Origin: Pirellulales bacterium
GTDB lineage: Bacteria > Planctomycetota > Planctomycetia > Pirellulales > PALSA-1355
Direction: 5' to 3'
DNA length: 64,000 nucleotides
NCBI GenBank assembly: GCA_963733035.1
Contig: CAVTBU010000005.1
Coordinates: 2,048,001 to 2,112,000 of the forward strand
Under the pieces are notes generated by a model that searched no databases, had not been told where the DNA came from, and saw only the letters and a program-made list of their open reading frames with translations. Position 1 is the stretch's first letter. The number at the start of each line of letters is the position of its first letter. This document shows, in pieces, positions 35,228 through 44,721 of this stretch. The translations under genes were made by a program, and so were the position numbers.

Positions 35228-36898
35228 TCATGCAGGGCCGGGAACGTCGATTTTCTCTTCCTGAGCCGCGACTCGAAGCTTGTTGAGAGCTCGAGCCTCG
35301 ATCTGACGAACCCGCTCCTTGGTAACACCCATTTCGGCGCCAACTTCTTTCAAAGTCTGGGGTTCGTGACCATGATCGAGGCCAAAGCGGCTGATGATGA
35401 TTTTCTGTTCTCGCTCATCAAGCCGCTCCAGGATTTTGCCGATCTGAGACTCTCTTTGAGCCTGGGCACTCTCCTGCTCGTACTGGTCGGTACGCCGCTC
35501 TTCGGTGCTAGCAAACATCTCCGAGTGACTTGTGCGGAACCGATCACGGTGACGATGTTCATCCGGAATCGTCCGGGCGAAGTTCTTCATGATCGCCCAA
35601 CTGGCATACGTGCTGAACTTGTTGCCGCGGGCGAAGTCAAACTTCTCCACAGCCCGAATCAATGACATGTTGCCGTCGCTGACCAACTCGAAAAAGTTAT
35701 CGGCTTGACCAACGTGCCGCTTGGCGATCGAAACCACCAGACGCAGGTTCGCTCGCACGATCTGATTCTTGAGCGCGACGATCTGGTCATAGAGCTTCTC
35801 GATCTGGTCCATGAGGCTGCTCTTGGCCTTGTTGACGTCGAGCTGATCGCGAAGCTTCGAGGCCTTGTACTTCAGGTAGTTGAACTTACGGAACAAATGT
35901 GCTTCCTGCTCGCGCGTTAGCAACGGAACCTCGTACAGACTAGCCAAATACGGCGGCAATCCACTGGGCAAACGCGTCTTTTTGGTCGGCGTCGGATTTT
36001 CAGGCATCGGCGCCGTGATCGTCTTTTCCGCCGTGGACCGGCCGAAGTACGGGTTCGGAATATAGTCGATCGGCAATTCCAAGATCCGCTGAGCCCGCAT
36101 CTCGTTGATCACGCGGTAGACGCTGGTCTTGGTGCGGTGATAGCGCTTGGCCAGCGTTTCCACGGGGGCGCCGCGACGATATTGCTGGAAAATCCGCCGC
36201 TTGTCGTCGTCTCCCAACGGGCCGGTGTGGTCCGGAAAAATGGCCAGGTCCGGATGTTCCTGATCGAACTGCTTCAAGGTGTATCGCACGGTTTCCACGC
36301 TTCTTCCCATCCTTTTCGCCACGCGCTTGGTGACTTCAGCCAGATTGCCACCGGCACGCGCCAGGCGTCGCGCACGCTCTACCATGTCACTACGCTCGTC
36401 GAGCGTTAGCTGGCTGAACCGAGCCCCGCGCCGAACTCGCTCCTCGTTCTTTGAGACGAAGTTCTCGACCGAACTCTTCAAAAAACCGACTCGTTTTCGG
36501 CCGTCGAAGACAAACCGCCGGCTGACCAGTCCCTGCTGCCGCCAACGCGAGATGGTCTTGGTCGAAACCTTGAACATCTTGCTCAACTCTTCGACCGTCA
36601 GCACGCGCTCGCCGGCACCGCTGGCCGGAACGTCGGCTGCGTCTGACAGATCCTCGACAAACAAGCGCAGATCATGCCCGGCGTCTCGACCCGACAATTT
36701 CAGATTCGGAAACGACTCGGGCCGGTAATCGGTGATCCGGAAACACAGATACTCGTAGGTGTACGTCCGCGACGCATCGAGTTCGGCAATTAGCTTCTCG
36801 GCCCGGTTGACCTGTTCGATCTTCTTCTCCCGGGGAGCAAAACGGACTTGCTGATCTCGCAGCTGGCGGATGATCGCGTTGTGGTAATCAGAATGCAT
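35228..36898 (-). CDS. Sigma-70 family RNA polymerase sigma factor with long N-terminal HTH-containing extension
   Basis: Region 1.2 (PYLASLYEVPLLTREQE), region 2 (ANLRLVVSIAKRH, AVEKFDFARGNKFSTYASWAI), region 4 (TLKEVGAEMGVTKERVRQIEARALNKLR); N-terminal HTH LTVEELSKMFKVSTKTISRWRQQGL. Confidence 0.9.
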   Translation of the reverse strand: MHSDYHNAIIRQLRDQQVRFAPREKKIEQVNRAEKLIAELDASRTYTYEYLCFRITDYRPESFPNLKLSGRDAGHDLRLFVEDLSDAADVPASGAGERVLTVEELSKMFKVSTKTISRWRQQGLVSRRFVFDGRKRVGFLKSSVENFVSKNEERVRRGARFSQLTLDERSDMVERARRLARAGGNLAEVTKRVAKRMGRSVETVRYTLKQFDQEHPDLAIFPDHTGPLGDDDKRRIFQQYRRGAPVETLAKRYHRTKTSVYRVINEMRAQRILELPIDYIPNPYFGRSTAEKTITAPMPENPTPTKKTRLPSGLPPYLASLYEVPLLTREQEAHLFRKFNYLKYKASKLRDQLDVNKAKSSLMDQIEKLYDQIVALKNQIVRANLRLVVSIAKRHVGQADNFFELVSDGNMSLIRAVEKFDFARGNKFSTYASWAIMKNFARTIPDEHRHRDRFRTSHSEMFASTEERRTDQYEQESAQAQRESQIGKILERLDEREQKIIISRFGLDHGHEPQTLKEVGAEMGVTKERVRQIEARALNKLRVAAQEEKIDVPGPA

Positions 36899-37541
36899 GA
36901 CGTGAACCTCTTCGCAGGTTTCGGCGGTGTTCCTTGCGTCTCCAGCGCCCTCTCCGAAACCGACCTCCTGGGGTTGCACGCTCCATCAATGGAACGTGAC
37001 TTTTCCGACGAACGGAATCTCTGCTTCTGCCCCTTGCCGGGCCAGCGACTCACGCATATGAGGCTCCGGCCCCGTTATGTATTCGCTGCCCAAGGTGTTT
37101 GGTTGTCCGAAATCCTCAGGTGTCGAACCGGAACACGGCAATTCGGTGACAAGCCGGGTTTTGCCGGGTATGTGATTGGCGTTCTTACAACCGGCCAGAC
37201 CTGAAATGCATTATTCTCTACGTATAAAAGTCACCACGGATCGTGGGAAGTTCGCGCTACGCTGCTATTTCCGCAGTTTTGCTGGATTTTTCACCCCTTT
37301 CGGTCGCACCCTTGTCCTTATAACAAATATGGCTGATTTCAGCCCACTTGGGTTCGCTAGCAGCCAAATACTTTGCGGCAACTAGCAATACCGGAAATTC
37401 CGTGGTTTTCCCAGCTTCCCATCGCCGAAACTGGTCAACTGCCGGGCTTTTGCGGGTCGATGTATCCTGTTGACTCCCTTGCGTGTTCTGCGTAAGGAGT
37501 ATTGCAAACCTTGTGCCGCATCTCTTCTCGGGGGCCCTGGA

Positions 37542-38918
37542 ATGGATTCCAGCCGCACTGTCCGCGTCGCTACCTATTTTCTGCTTCTTTTTTTAGCCGC
37601 GGCCGCGCGCGTCGGTGCTGCGCAAAGTGGCGAGAAGCACATGCTTGCGGCAGACCACCAGCCAGGCGAACTGACCCGCGTGCAGATTGCCCTGCAAGTG
37701 GGCGGCGACTTGAAACTGGTCAGCGACGCCGGCAAAGCCAGCGATCTGCCCATGAGCGTCGTAGCCAACCTGGCCTACGACGAATCGCTATTGGTCGTCG
37801 ACCCGGCCGGCAAGCCGACCCGTAGCGCCCGCTACTACGACGACGTGCGGGCGGTCATCAAGATTGACAAGGGGGGCGAAAAGCCGTCGCTCGACACCTC
37901 GCGGCGGTTGATCGTCGCCGAGCGGCCAGAGGGCTCCGCTTGTCAGCTATTTTGTCCCGCTGAGCCATTGAAGCGCGAAGAGCTCGATTTGATTGATGTG
38001 CCTGGCGGCAGCCTGATTCTCGATGACCTGCTGCCGGCCGATCCGGTAGCTCTCGGCGAATCCTGGAAACTCACTGACACGACGCTGGCCGCCCTCCTGT
38101 GCCTCGATGCCGTCGGTTGGAGTGACGCCAGCGCGGTGCTCGGCGAAATAAAGGACGGTCTGGCCGACATCGCGGCCGCCGGCACCCTGAACGGCGCAGT
38201 TGGCGGCATCGCGACCGAGATTGAGGTAAAGATCAAGCTGAAGTTCGACGTTCAAGCCCGGCACATCACGCAGTTTGCAATGCTCGTAAAGGAAAAGCGG
38301 GCCGTGGGGCACATTGGTCCCGGGCTTGATACGGTAGCGAAATTGATTGTCAACCTGACGCCCATCGAGCATTCAATGCATCTCACGGCGCAGGTACTGG
38401 AAACGATTCCCTTACAGACGGCTCCCGAGCAGCTAGCCCTGGGCTATACGCCCAAAGGGGGCCAATTTCGCTTCCAGTACGACCGACGTTGGTACGTCAC
38501 CGAGGATGATCCCAAACTGGCGGTTCTGCGAATGCTGGATCGTGGCGAACTGATCGCGCAGTGCAATATCTCGGCCCTGCCGAAACTCGAGAAACCCGTT
38601 ACTCTGGCCGCGTTCCAACGCGATGTCGAACGCTCGCTCGGCAAGAACTTCGGTCAATTTGTCGGTGCCAGCCAGGAAGTAAACCAGGCCGGCTATGCCG
38701 TGTTCCGCGTGGCGGTTCACGGTGAGGTGGGCGGCCTGCCGATCGAGTGGATCTACTACCTGGTCCAGGACCGGGGCGGCCACCGCGTCTCGTTGGCATT
38801 CACGCTCGAACAGAGCCTTGCCGAACGCTTCGACGCGACGGACCAAGCCATCGTGGCGGCCATGATGCTCACCGAGCCGCCGACGCCCACGGCAGCCAAG
38901 CCGGTGGAAACCAAGTAG
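37542..38918 (+). CDS. Hypothetical exported protein
   Basis: Long ORF with a signal-peptide-like N-terminus (RVATYFLLLFLAAAARVGAA); no recognisable catalytic motif. Confidence 0.7.
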   Translation: MDSSRTVRVATYFLLLFLAAAARVGAAQSGEKHMLAADHQPGELTRVQIALQVGGDLKLVSDAGKASDLPMSVVANLAYDESLLVVDPAGKPTRSARYYDDVRAVIKIDKGGEKPSLDTSRRLIVAERPEGSACQLFCPAEPLKREELDLIDVPGGSLILDDLLPADPVALGESWKLTDTTLAALLCLDAVGWSDASAVLGEIKDGLADIAAAGTLNGAVGGIATEIEVKIKLKFDVQARHITQFAMLVKEKRAVGHIGPGLDTVAKLIVNLTPIEHSMHLTAQVLETIPLQTAPEQLALGYTPKGGQFRFQYDRRWYVTEDDPKLAVLRMLDRGELIAQCNISALPKLEKPVTLAAFQRDVERSLGKNFGQFVGASQEVNQAGYAVFRVAVHGEVGGLPIEWIYYLVQDRGGHRVSLAFTLEQSLAERFDATDQAIVAAMMLTEPPTPTAAKPVETK

Positions 38919-38953
38919 CTCGTTTCGCCGCGGCGGTCGTTATAATTGCCGCC

Positions 38954-39226
38954 ATGAGCCAGGCATCCTCGAAATTCCGTTGGTGGCTGCTGCTGATCTA
39001 TATGGTTGGCGGATCCACGCTCTGGTCGCTGTATATCGCGTACCTTTCGATATTCCCGCCGAATCGCGAAGCGCTCGGAGACGAGACCTACACCTCTGCG
39101 TGGCGATGGATCGTTGTCGGAGGCGCCGCGCAAGGGGCGACGATCTATTTCATGACGCTCTATCTGCCGCGCATTGCTGCGTGGTGGAGGCGCAGAATAA
39201 TGGTCGACTCGTCGAGTAAAAAATAG
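38954..39226 (+). CDS. Small hypothetical membrane protein (2 TM)
   Basis: MSQASSKFRWWLLLIYMVGG... two hydrophobic segments; fits between neighbours on the same strand. Confidence 0.55.
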   Translation: MSQASSKFRWWLLLIYMVGGSTLWSLYIAYLSIFPPNREALGDETYTSAWRWIVVGGAAQGATIYFMTLYLPRIAAWWRRRIMVDSSSKK

Positions 39227-39260
39227 GAGTGCCGCTCGGTACGCGGCAAACCACTCGACC

Positions 39261-40043
39261 ATGATTCGCCGCGAAATTGCCGCTCGCGAAGGAGTGCCCG
39301 CCGCCTGGGTCATCATCTCGCAGATCGATCACGCCCGCCTGGCTGCCAAGCTGTCGAAACATTGGGGTGGCGGGCCGTTTGCCGCGATTGAACCGCGCGA
39401 GCCATTGCAATGGGCCATCGAGCATCACGACGACGGCTGGCGCGATTGGGACAGGCACCCCGGTGTCGACGCGTCAACCGGGGTGCCTCGCCAGTTCACC
39501 GAGATGGAACCTGCCGAAACGCTCGCAATTTGGACCCAATCAATCGACGCCGCCGCTGCGCAAGGATTACTGGAAGGTTACCTCGTAGCCGGACACTTCT
39601 GCCGCCTGGGGCGTCGCGCAACGGCCGGCAAAGACCATGATGCCAGCTGGCAGCCCTTCATCCAGTTTCTCGACCACTACGAACGGAACTCGCAAGAATG
39701 GCTTGCCCAATGGCAATCACAATCGCCAGAGTTCAATACTCCCCAACGCGCCGCGAAATCGCTCGATCAATTGCAATTCTTTGACACCTTCAGCCTCTGG
39801 TTCTGCTGTTCCGAATCCACGGATCGCGAAGTCGTTGATACCCCCTCCGGCACGGATCTAACGATCGACCCGCGCAGCGGTTCGCAAATCCGCCTCAGTC
39901 CCTGGCCGCTGTCGGTCGAAACCCTGGAATTGGAAGTCACCGGCCGACTGATCCCGGCCGACCGCTATACGAAGGCTGACGACTTGGCCGCCGCGCGGTC
40001 GCAGGCGATCACGCTCCGCTGGAAGCTAATGCCCCGGTCCTAG
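39261..40043 (+). CDS. DUF3891-like protein
   Basis: IISQIDHARLA and AIEHHDDGW motifs recalled as typical of DUF3891. Confidence 0.7.
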   Translation: MIRREIAAREGVPAAWVIISQIDHARLAAKLSKHWGGGPFAAIEPREPLQWAIEHHDDGWRDWDRHPGVDASTGVPRQFTEMEPAETLAIWTQSIDAAAAQGLLEGYLVAGHFCRLGRRATAGKDHDASWQPFIQFLDHYERNSQEWLAQWQSQSPEFNTPQRAAKSLDQLQFFDTFSLWFCCSESTDREVVDTPSGTDLTIDPRSGSQIRLSPWPLSVETLELEVTGRLIPADRYTKADDLAAARSQAITLRWKLMPRS

Positions 40044-40082
40044 AACATTGCGGAAATCCTCCTTAGAAGACGATGGCTCAAG

Positions 40083-40493
40083 ATGAACTTCACCGAAAAG
40101 ATACCTGCCGACCTCGAAGGCCGGGAAACGGTGGTCGTGACGCGTGAAATCACCGTGGCACACTTCCATCCCGAGATGCCCGAGGTTTATGGCACGCCGT
40201 TCATGATCTACCTGATGGAAGTGGCCGCCACCAACGCCATCCAACCATTCTTACCCGAGGGCTATACGTCGGTGGGCACCGTGGTCCACGTGCGGCATCT
40301 GGCCGCCACGCCAATTGGACGTACTGTGACTGCCAAAGCCAAGGTCGAATCGATGACCGATCGCACGGTCACCTTCAGCGTCGAAAGCCACGACGGTCAC
40401 GAACTGATTGGCTCCGGAACCCACACCCGAGCCGTCATCGATCTGGCTCGCTTCAATCGGCAGCTCGAATTCAAGCGTAACGGCGGAGCATAG
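40083..40493 (+). CDS. FlK-like (fluoroacetyl-CoA thioesterase family) hotdog thioesterase
   Basis: VYGTPFMIYLME (Thr/Glu), TSVGTVVHVRHLAATPIG (His), GTHTRAVI. Confidence 0.85.
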   Translation: MNFTEKIPADLEGRETVVVTREITVAHFHPEMPEVYGTPFMIYLMEVAATNAIQPFLPEGYTSVGTVVHVRHLAATPIGRTVTAKAKVESMTDRTVTFSVESHDGHELIGSGTHTRAVIDLARFNRQLEFKRNGGA

Positions 40494-40541
40494 GCGAGAG
40501 GGGACGAATTCCAGACCCGTCGCGCCGCCGGCACCCAGCAA

Positions 40542-41222
40542 CTATTTCTGAGTCCGTAGCGGCTGACTCGCAAGCTGTGCGGGTGCGTCGATCCAGGAGG
40601 CCGATTCGTCCGTTGCTTTGGCGATCTGAGTCGGCACCGAACCGGTCTCGACGGGGCCGGCTCCCATCAATTTCCAGCTCTTGAAATCGCTGCGTGCCAG
40701 CACGGCGTGGCCCCCCAGCACGGGCCTCCGCGTCTTCACGTCGAAGGCCACGATCTTGAGTTTGGCCGTGCCGTTGGCGCGAGTCCGCGATATCAAAGTC
40801 ACCTGCGGGATCGAAATCGGCGATGGCGGTGGTAGCGGAATCTCCGATACGCCGACAAACTTCTCCTGCCGGTCGGTTCCGACGGCGCCGCTGGTGACAT
40901 GCATCACGACATCGGCATCCTCAGGCTTGTCAACGAGCGTCGAACCGTTTCTGAGGATGCGTTCTTCGAGAGATACGATCACGTAGTTCTTGTCCACGCA
41001 GTCAAGATACTTCTCTTCCAGGTAGACCTTGGCACCGCGGATCGGTGCGAAGTCGACCTTGTCGAGTGCTTGATCAACGGCACTGGAAACCAACAGCTGT
41101 TCGATGCCAGTCCGGGCCGTGTCCGACTCCTTCGTGGTCGCGCAACCAGCCAAGAGCACGAGGACGCACCCCCAAGTCATCCAGCAACCACGGCATCCCG
41201 CAATATTTGTGGACTGCATCAT
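40542..41222 (-). CDS. Hypothetical lipoprotein (DUF6655-like)
   Basis: Lipobox LAGC followed by RTGIEQLLVSSAVDQAL; family name from recall only. Confidence 0.6.
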   Translation of the reverse strand: MMQSTNIAGCRGCWMTWGCVLVLLAGCATTKESDTARTGIEQLLVSSAVDQALDKVDFAPIRGAKVYLEEKYLDCVDKNYVIVSLEERILRNGSTLVDKPEDADVVMHVTSGAVGTDRQEKFVGVSEIPLPPPSPISIPQVTLISRTRANGTAKLKIVAFDVKTRRPVLGGHAVLARSDFKSWKLMGAGPVETGSVPTQIAKATDESASWIDAPAQLASQPLRTQK

Positions 41223-41530
41223 GAACGCCCATCCCCGGGGAACGGAAATTTCTAACGGTATCCTCCTATCGACCGTTCCGATTGCATAAGTTGAATGGGA
41301 TACGCGGACGGCGAGGATCCCTAAGCACGGATCGCCGCCGTCAGGCCCACAAATCGCTTTCCCAATCCAGGCAGTTTACCCGTCCTTAAAGTTTGACCCT
41401 TCCACCTAAACCTATCTATACTGGATAGTTCCGAGCGGGCCGCCGGGGTCTTGATGGCGGCGGGCATCGCCTCGCATGACGCCCCTTTGCTTGTAACTTC
41501 ACATCGGAACACGTAAACGAGACGCATTGC

Positions 41531-42448
41531 ATGCGCCATCTGCTCACTTCGACGACGTTCTGCTGGACTTTGCTGACCGCCTTCGCCGTGGGCGCCTCGC
41601 TAACGCGCACTGCGGAACCTTCGGCTCCTTATCGTGCCCTGGCACCGGGCGTGGAAATCACCATTCCGCCTAACCCGCAGGAAAAGGAAACGGTATCCAA
41701 GGCCGACATCATTGAAATCCTGCATGGCATCCCGGGACTGGAGTGGACGCCCAACTTCGCGCCCGAGACGCAGACGCTCAAGCAAATGGCCACGGGCACG
41801 GAGTTTCGCCGCGAAATCTGGTGCCTGGAGTTCACGTTCAAGCCGGTTCGAATGATCTGGGTCGACGTGCCGCAAGCCAGCGGCAAAATGCAGCGGAAAC
41901 TGATCTGGTACCTGGTTTATCACGTGCGCAACATGGGCGGCGCGCTCAGGCCGACAAAGAAAGACGACGGCTCGGTGGTCGTCGAGTCGACCGACCGAGA
42001 GATCCGCTTTTTCCCGCAGTTCGTGCTTGAATCGCACGAATACAAGAAGGCGTATCTAGACCGTCTCATTCCGACTGCCGTGTTGGCCATTCAGCAGAAG
42101 GAAGATCCGAATCGCAAGCTACTCAACAGCGTGGAAATCGGTAGTCAACTCGTGCCGATCTCGACCGATTTGGTCGACAAGAGTTTGTGGGGTGTCGCCA
42201 CCTGGGAAAGCGTCGACCCCCGAGTTGACTATTTCTCGGTCTACGTTGAAGGGCTCACGAATGCCTATCGCTGGATTGATCCACAGGGCGTCTTCAAAGC
42301 GGGAGATGCCCCGACCACGGGCCGCGTGCTGCTGCAAAAGAATCTGATGCTCAATTTCTGGCGGCCTGGCGACGAACGGCTGGAAGACAAGCAGACCATC
42401 TACTACGGCATTCCTGGCAAGGTTGACTATAGTTGGGTCTATCGGTAG
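41531..42448 (+). CDS. Hypothetical exported protein
   Basis: 305-aa ORF with signal-like N-terminus and aromatic-rich motifs (WGVATWESVDPRVDYFSVYVEGLTNAY, NFWRPGD); directly upstream of rpmA. Confidence 0.7.
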   Translation: MRHLLTSTTFCWTLLTAFAVGASLTRTAEPSAPYRALAPGVEITIPPNPQEKETVSKADIIEILHGIPGLEWTPNFAPETQTLKQMATGTEFRREIWCLEFTFKPVRMIWVDVPQASGKMQRKLIWYLVYHVRNMGGALRPTKKDDGSVVVESTDREIRFFPQFVLESHEYKKAYLDRLIPTAVLAIQQKEDPNRKLLNSVEIGSQLVPISTDLVDKSLWGVATWESVDPRVDYFSVYVEGLTNAYRWIDPQGVFKAGDAPTTGRVLLQKNLMLNFWRPGDERLEDKQTIYYGIPGKVDYSWVYR

Positions 42449-42550
42449 ATTGGTGGATTCGGTACCGGCACAAATTGCAAGTTTTTTCGCGAAGGGTCAT
42501 GCCCGCGCCGCCCCGAACCGGGGCAGCCGACGCGGCGGAGAAGGTCAGCC

Positions 42551-42799
42551 ATGGCACATAAGAAGGGACAAGGTTCCAGCCGAAACGGTCGCGATTCGAA
42601 TGCTCAGCGCCGCGGCGTCAAGCGCTATGCCGGCCAACAGGTCCGCGCCGGCAATATTCTGGTTCGCCAGGTTGGCACGAAGTTCCTGGCCGGGCGCAAT
42701 GTGGGTCAGGGAACCGACTACACACTGTTTGCCTTAACCGACGGCGTCGTCGAGTTCGACCAGAAAGGTCGCCGCGTCAACGTGGTCGGCGCTGCCTAA
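42551..42799 (+). CDS. rpmA: 50S ribosomal protein L27
   Basis: [24 protein letters not shown]...GNILVRQ. Confidence 0.98.
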   Translation: MAHKKGQGSSRNGRDSNAQRRGVKRYAGQQVRAGNILVRQVGTKFLAGRNVGQGTDYTLFALTDGVVEFDQKGRRVNVVGAA

Positions 42800-42930
42800 C
42801 TGTCGGTCGCCATCACACCGGTTCAGGGATGCCGGGCGGACACACCCAAGTCACCAAGCCCAGGGCACGCTTCACCCTGGGCTTTGCTGTTGCGCTCCAG
42901 TCGCCGCTTCGCATCGCTCAGAAAGTCGCC

Positions 42931-43927
42931 ATGTTTGTCGATTCCGTCAGCATTCACATCGAGGCCGGACGCGGCGGTGACGGTTGCCTCAGTTTTCGCC
43001 GCGAAAAGTTCGTGCCGCGCGGCGGCCCCGACGGCGGCGATGGCGGCAGGGGCGGAGACGTGATCATTGTGGCGACCGCGGGTGTCGACAGCTTGGCGGG
43101 ACTCTCTGGACGCCGTCACTGGAAAGCCGAGCCGGGCGAACGGGGCGGCAGTTCCGCCTGCCACGGTCGCAACGGACACGATCTCATTATCCAGGTACCG
43201 CCCGGCACACTCGTCATTGACGCCGACCGAGGACACGTGATCAAGGACCTCGCGCGAAGCGGATAGCGTGGTGGCGGCCCGCGGCGGCAAGGGGGGCAAA
43301 GGCAACTTGCGATTCAAAAGCGCGACCAACCGGGCCCCTCGCCAATTTACGCATGGCGGCGAACCAGAAGCTCGGCTCATCTCGCTCGAACTTAAGGTCA
43401 TTGCCGATGTTGGGCTGGTCGGCAAGCCCAACGCGGGCAAGAGCACGCTACTCAGCCGCCTTTCGCGAGCACGACCCGAGATCGCAGCCTATCCATTTAC
43501 AACCAAACACCCAAACCTCGGCATCGTGCCGCTCGGCCCGGATCGATCGTTCGTGCTGGCCGATATACCGGGTTTGATCGAGGGCGCCCACACCGGCGCG
43601 GGCTTGGGGCATGAGTTTCTCAAGCACATCCAGCGGGCCGGCATCTTGGTGCACTTGGTCGAACCCATGCCAGCCGATGGCAGCGATCCCCTTGAGAACT
43701 ATCGTGTCGTGCATGGGGAACTTGAGCAGTATGATGAATCCTTGGCCCAGCGACCGGAGATTGTCGTCGTGAGCAAGGCCGAATTGCCCGGGTCGGCGGA
43801 GGTCCGCGAAACTCTGGCAAGACAGCTTGGCCGTGAGGTGCTGGCTATTTCCGCCGTTACGGGCCAAGGGCTGGATCGATTGCTACACGCACTGACCCGC
43901 GAACTCGACGCCCGCACGGAGGGCTGA
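42931..43927 (+). CDS. obgE: GTPase Obg/CgtA; indel near 43255-43262
   Basis: MFVDSV...[21 protein letters not shown] in one frame; [37 protein letters not shown] in the next. Span is 997 nt = 3n+1. Confidence 0.94.
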
Positions 43928-43930
43928 GCG

Positions 43931-44719
43931 ATGCCATTTGAGCCGATGTTTCCGCTGGTGGCCGTTGACGTCGGCAATACGCGATTGAAGCTCGGCGTAT
44001 TCTCCACGCCCCTGGCCGAGCCGTTGCCGCATCCGCAAGGGACACTGTCGATGGCGAGGGATTGGTCCGCTGCGGACCTCGACTCTTTTCTGCCGGAATC
44101 GCCCGCCGAGTACACATGGGCCATCGCCAGCGTCAACCGCCCCGCTTGCATTCATCTAGTCGCCTGGCTCACCGAACGTCGAGTTCCTCGGATCTGGCAA
44201 ATGGAACACACGGACTTGCCCGTTTCGGCCGACGTGGAGCGACCGGATCACGTCGGTATGGATCGCCTCGCCAACGTGGTCGCCGTGAACCGGCTTCGGG
44301 CCAGCAACGAGCCGGCCATCATTATCGACATGGGAACCGCGCTCACGGTCGACCTGGTCTCACGTACCGGTGCGTTCGCCGGCGGAGCAATTCTTCCAGG
44401 CATCTCCATGAGCGCCCGTGCGCTGCACGAGTTCACCGACTTGTTGCCGCTGGTAGAGGTCGTCGAGTCGCCCCCGGCGCTGGGCAGATCGACACACGAT
44501 GCGATGTGTTCTGGGCTCTACTGGGGTGCCGTCGGAGCCGTGCAAAAACTGGTCGGTCAATTGACGACCAACTCGACCGAGGCGGAAATCTTTCTGACTG
44601 GCGGTGCGGGGCCGCTGTTCGCCAGTGTGCTGGCCGACGAAAGCAGCCGGCCACCTCAGTTCGTGCCCCACCTTACATTGGCCGGCATCGCCATCGCCGC
44701 GCTCGAGAGGTCGCGGTAG
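43931..44719 (+). CDS. coaX: Type III pantothenate kinase
   Basis: AVDVGNTRLK, VGMDRLAN, IIDMGTALTVD, GGAILPG, LTGGAG. Confidence 0.93.
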   Translation: MPFEPMFPLVAVDVGNTRLKLGVFSTPLAEPLPHPQGTLSMARDWSAADLDSFLPESPAEYTWAIASVNRPACIHLVAWLTERRVPRIWQMEHTDLPVSADVERPDHVGMDRLANVVAVNRLRASNEPAIIIDMGTALTVDLVSRTGAFAGGAILPGISMSARALHEFTDLLPLVEVVESPPALGRSTHDAMCSGLYWGAVGAVQKLVGQLTTNSTEAEIFLTGGAGPLFASVLADESSRPPQFVPHLTLAGIAIAALERSR

Positions 44720-44721
44720 CT

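Noticed and set aside
44062..44721. N-terminal 220-aa extension of the MnmE-like ORF
   Set aside because: Overlaps coaX in another frame and is Arg-rich nonsense; the likely start is ATG 44722, just after the coaX stop.
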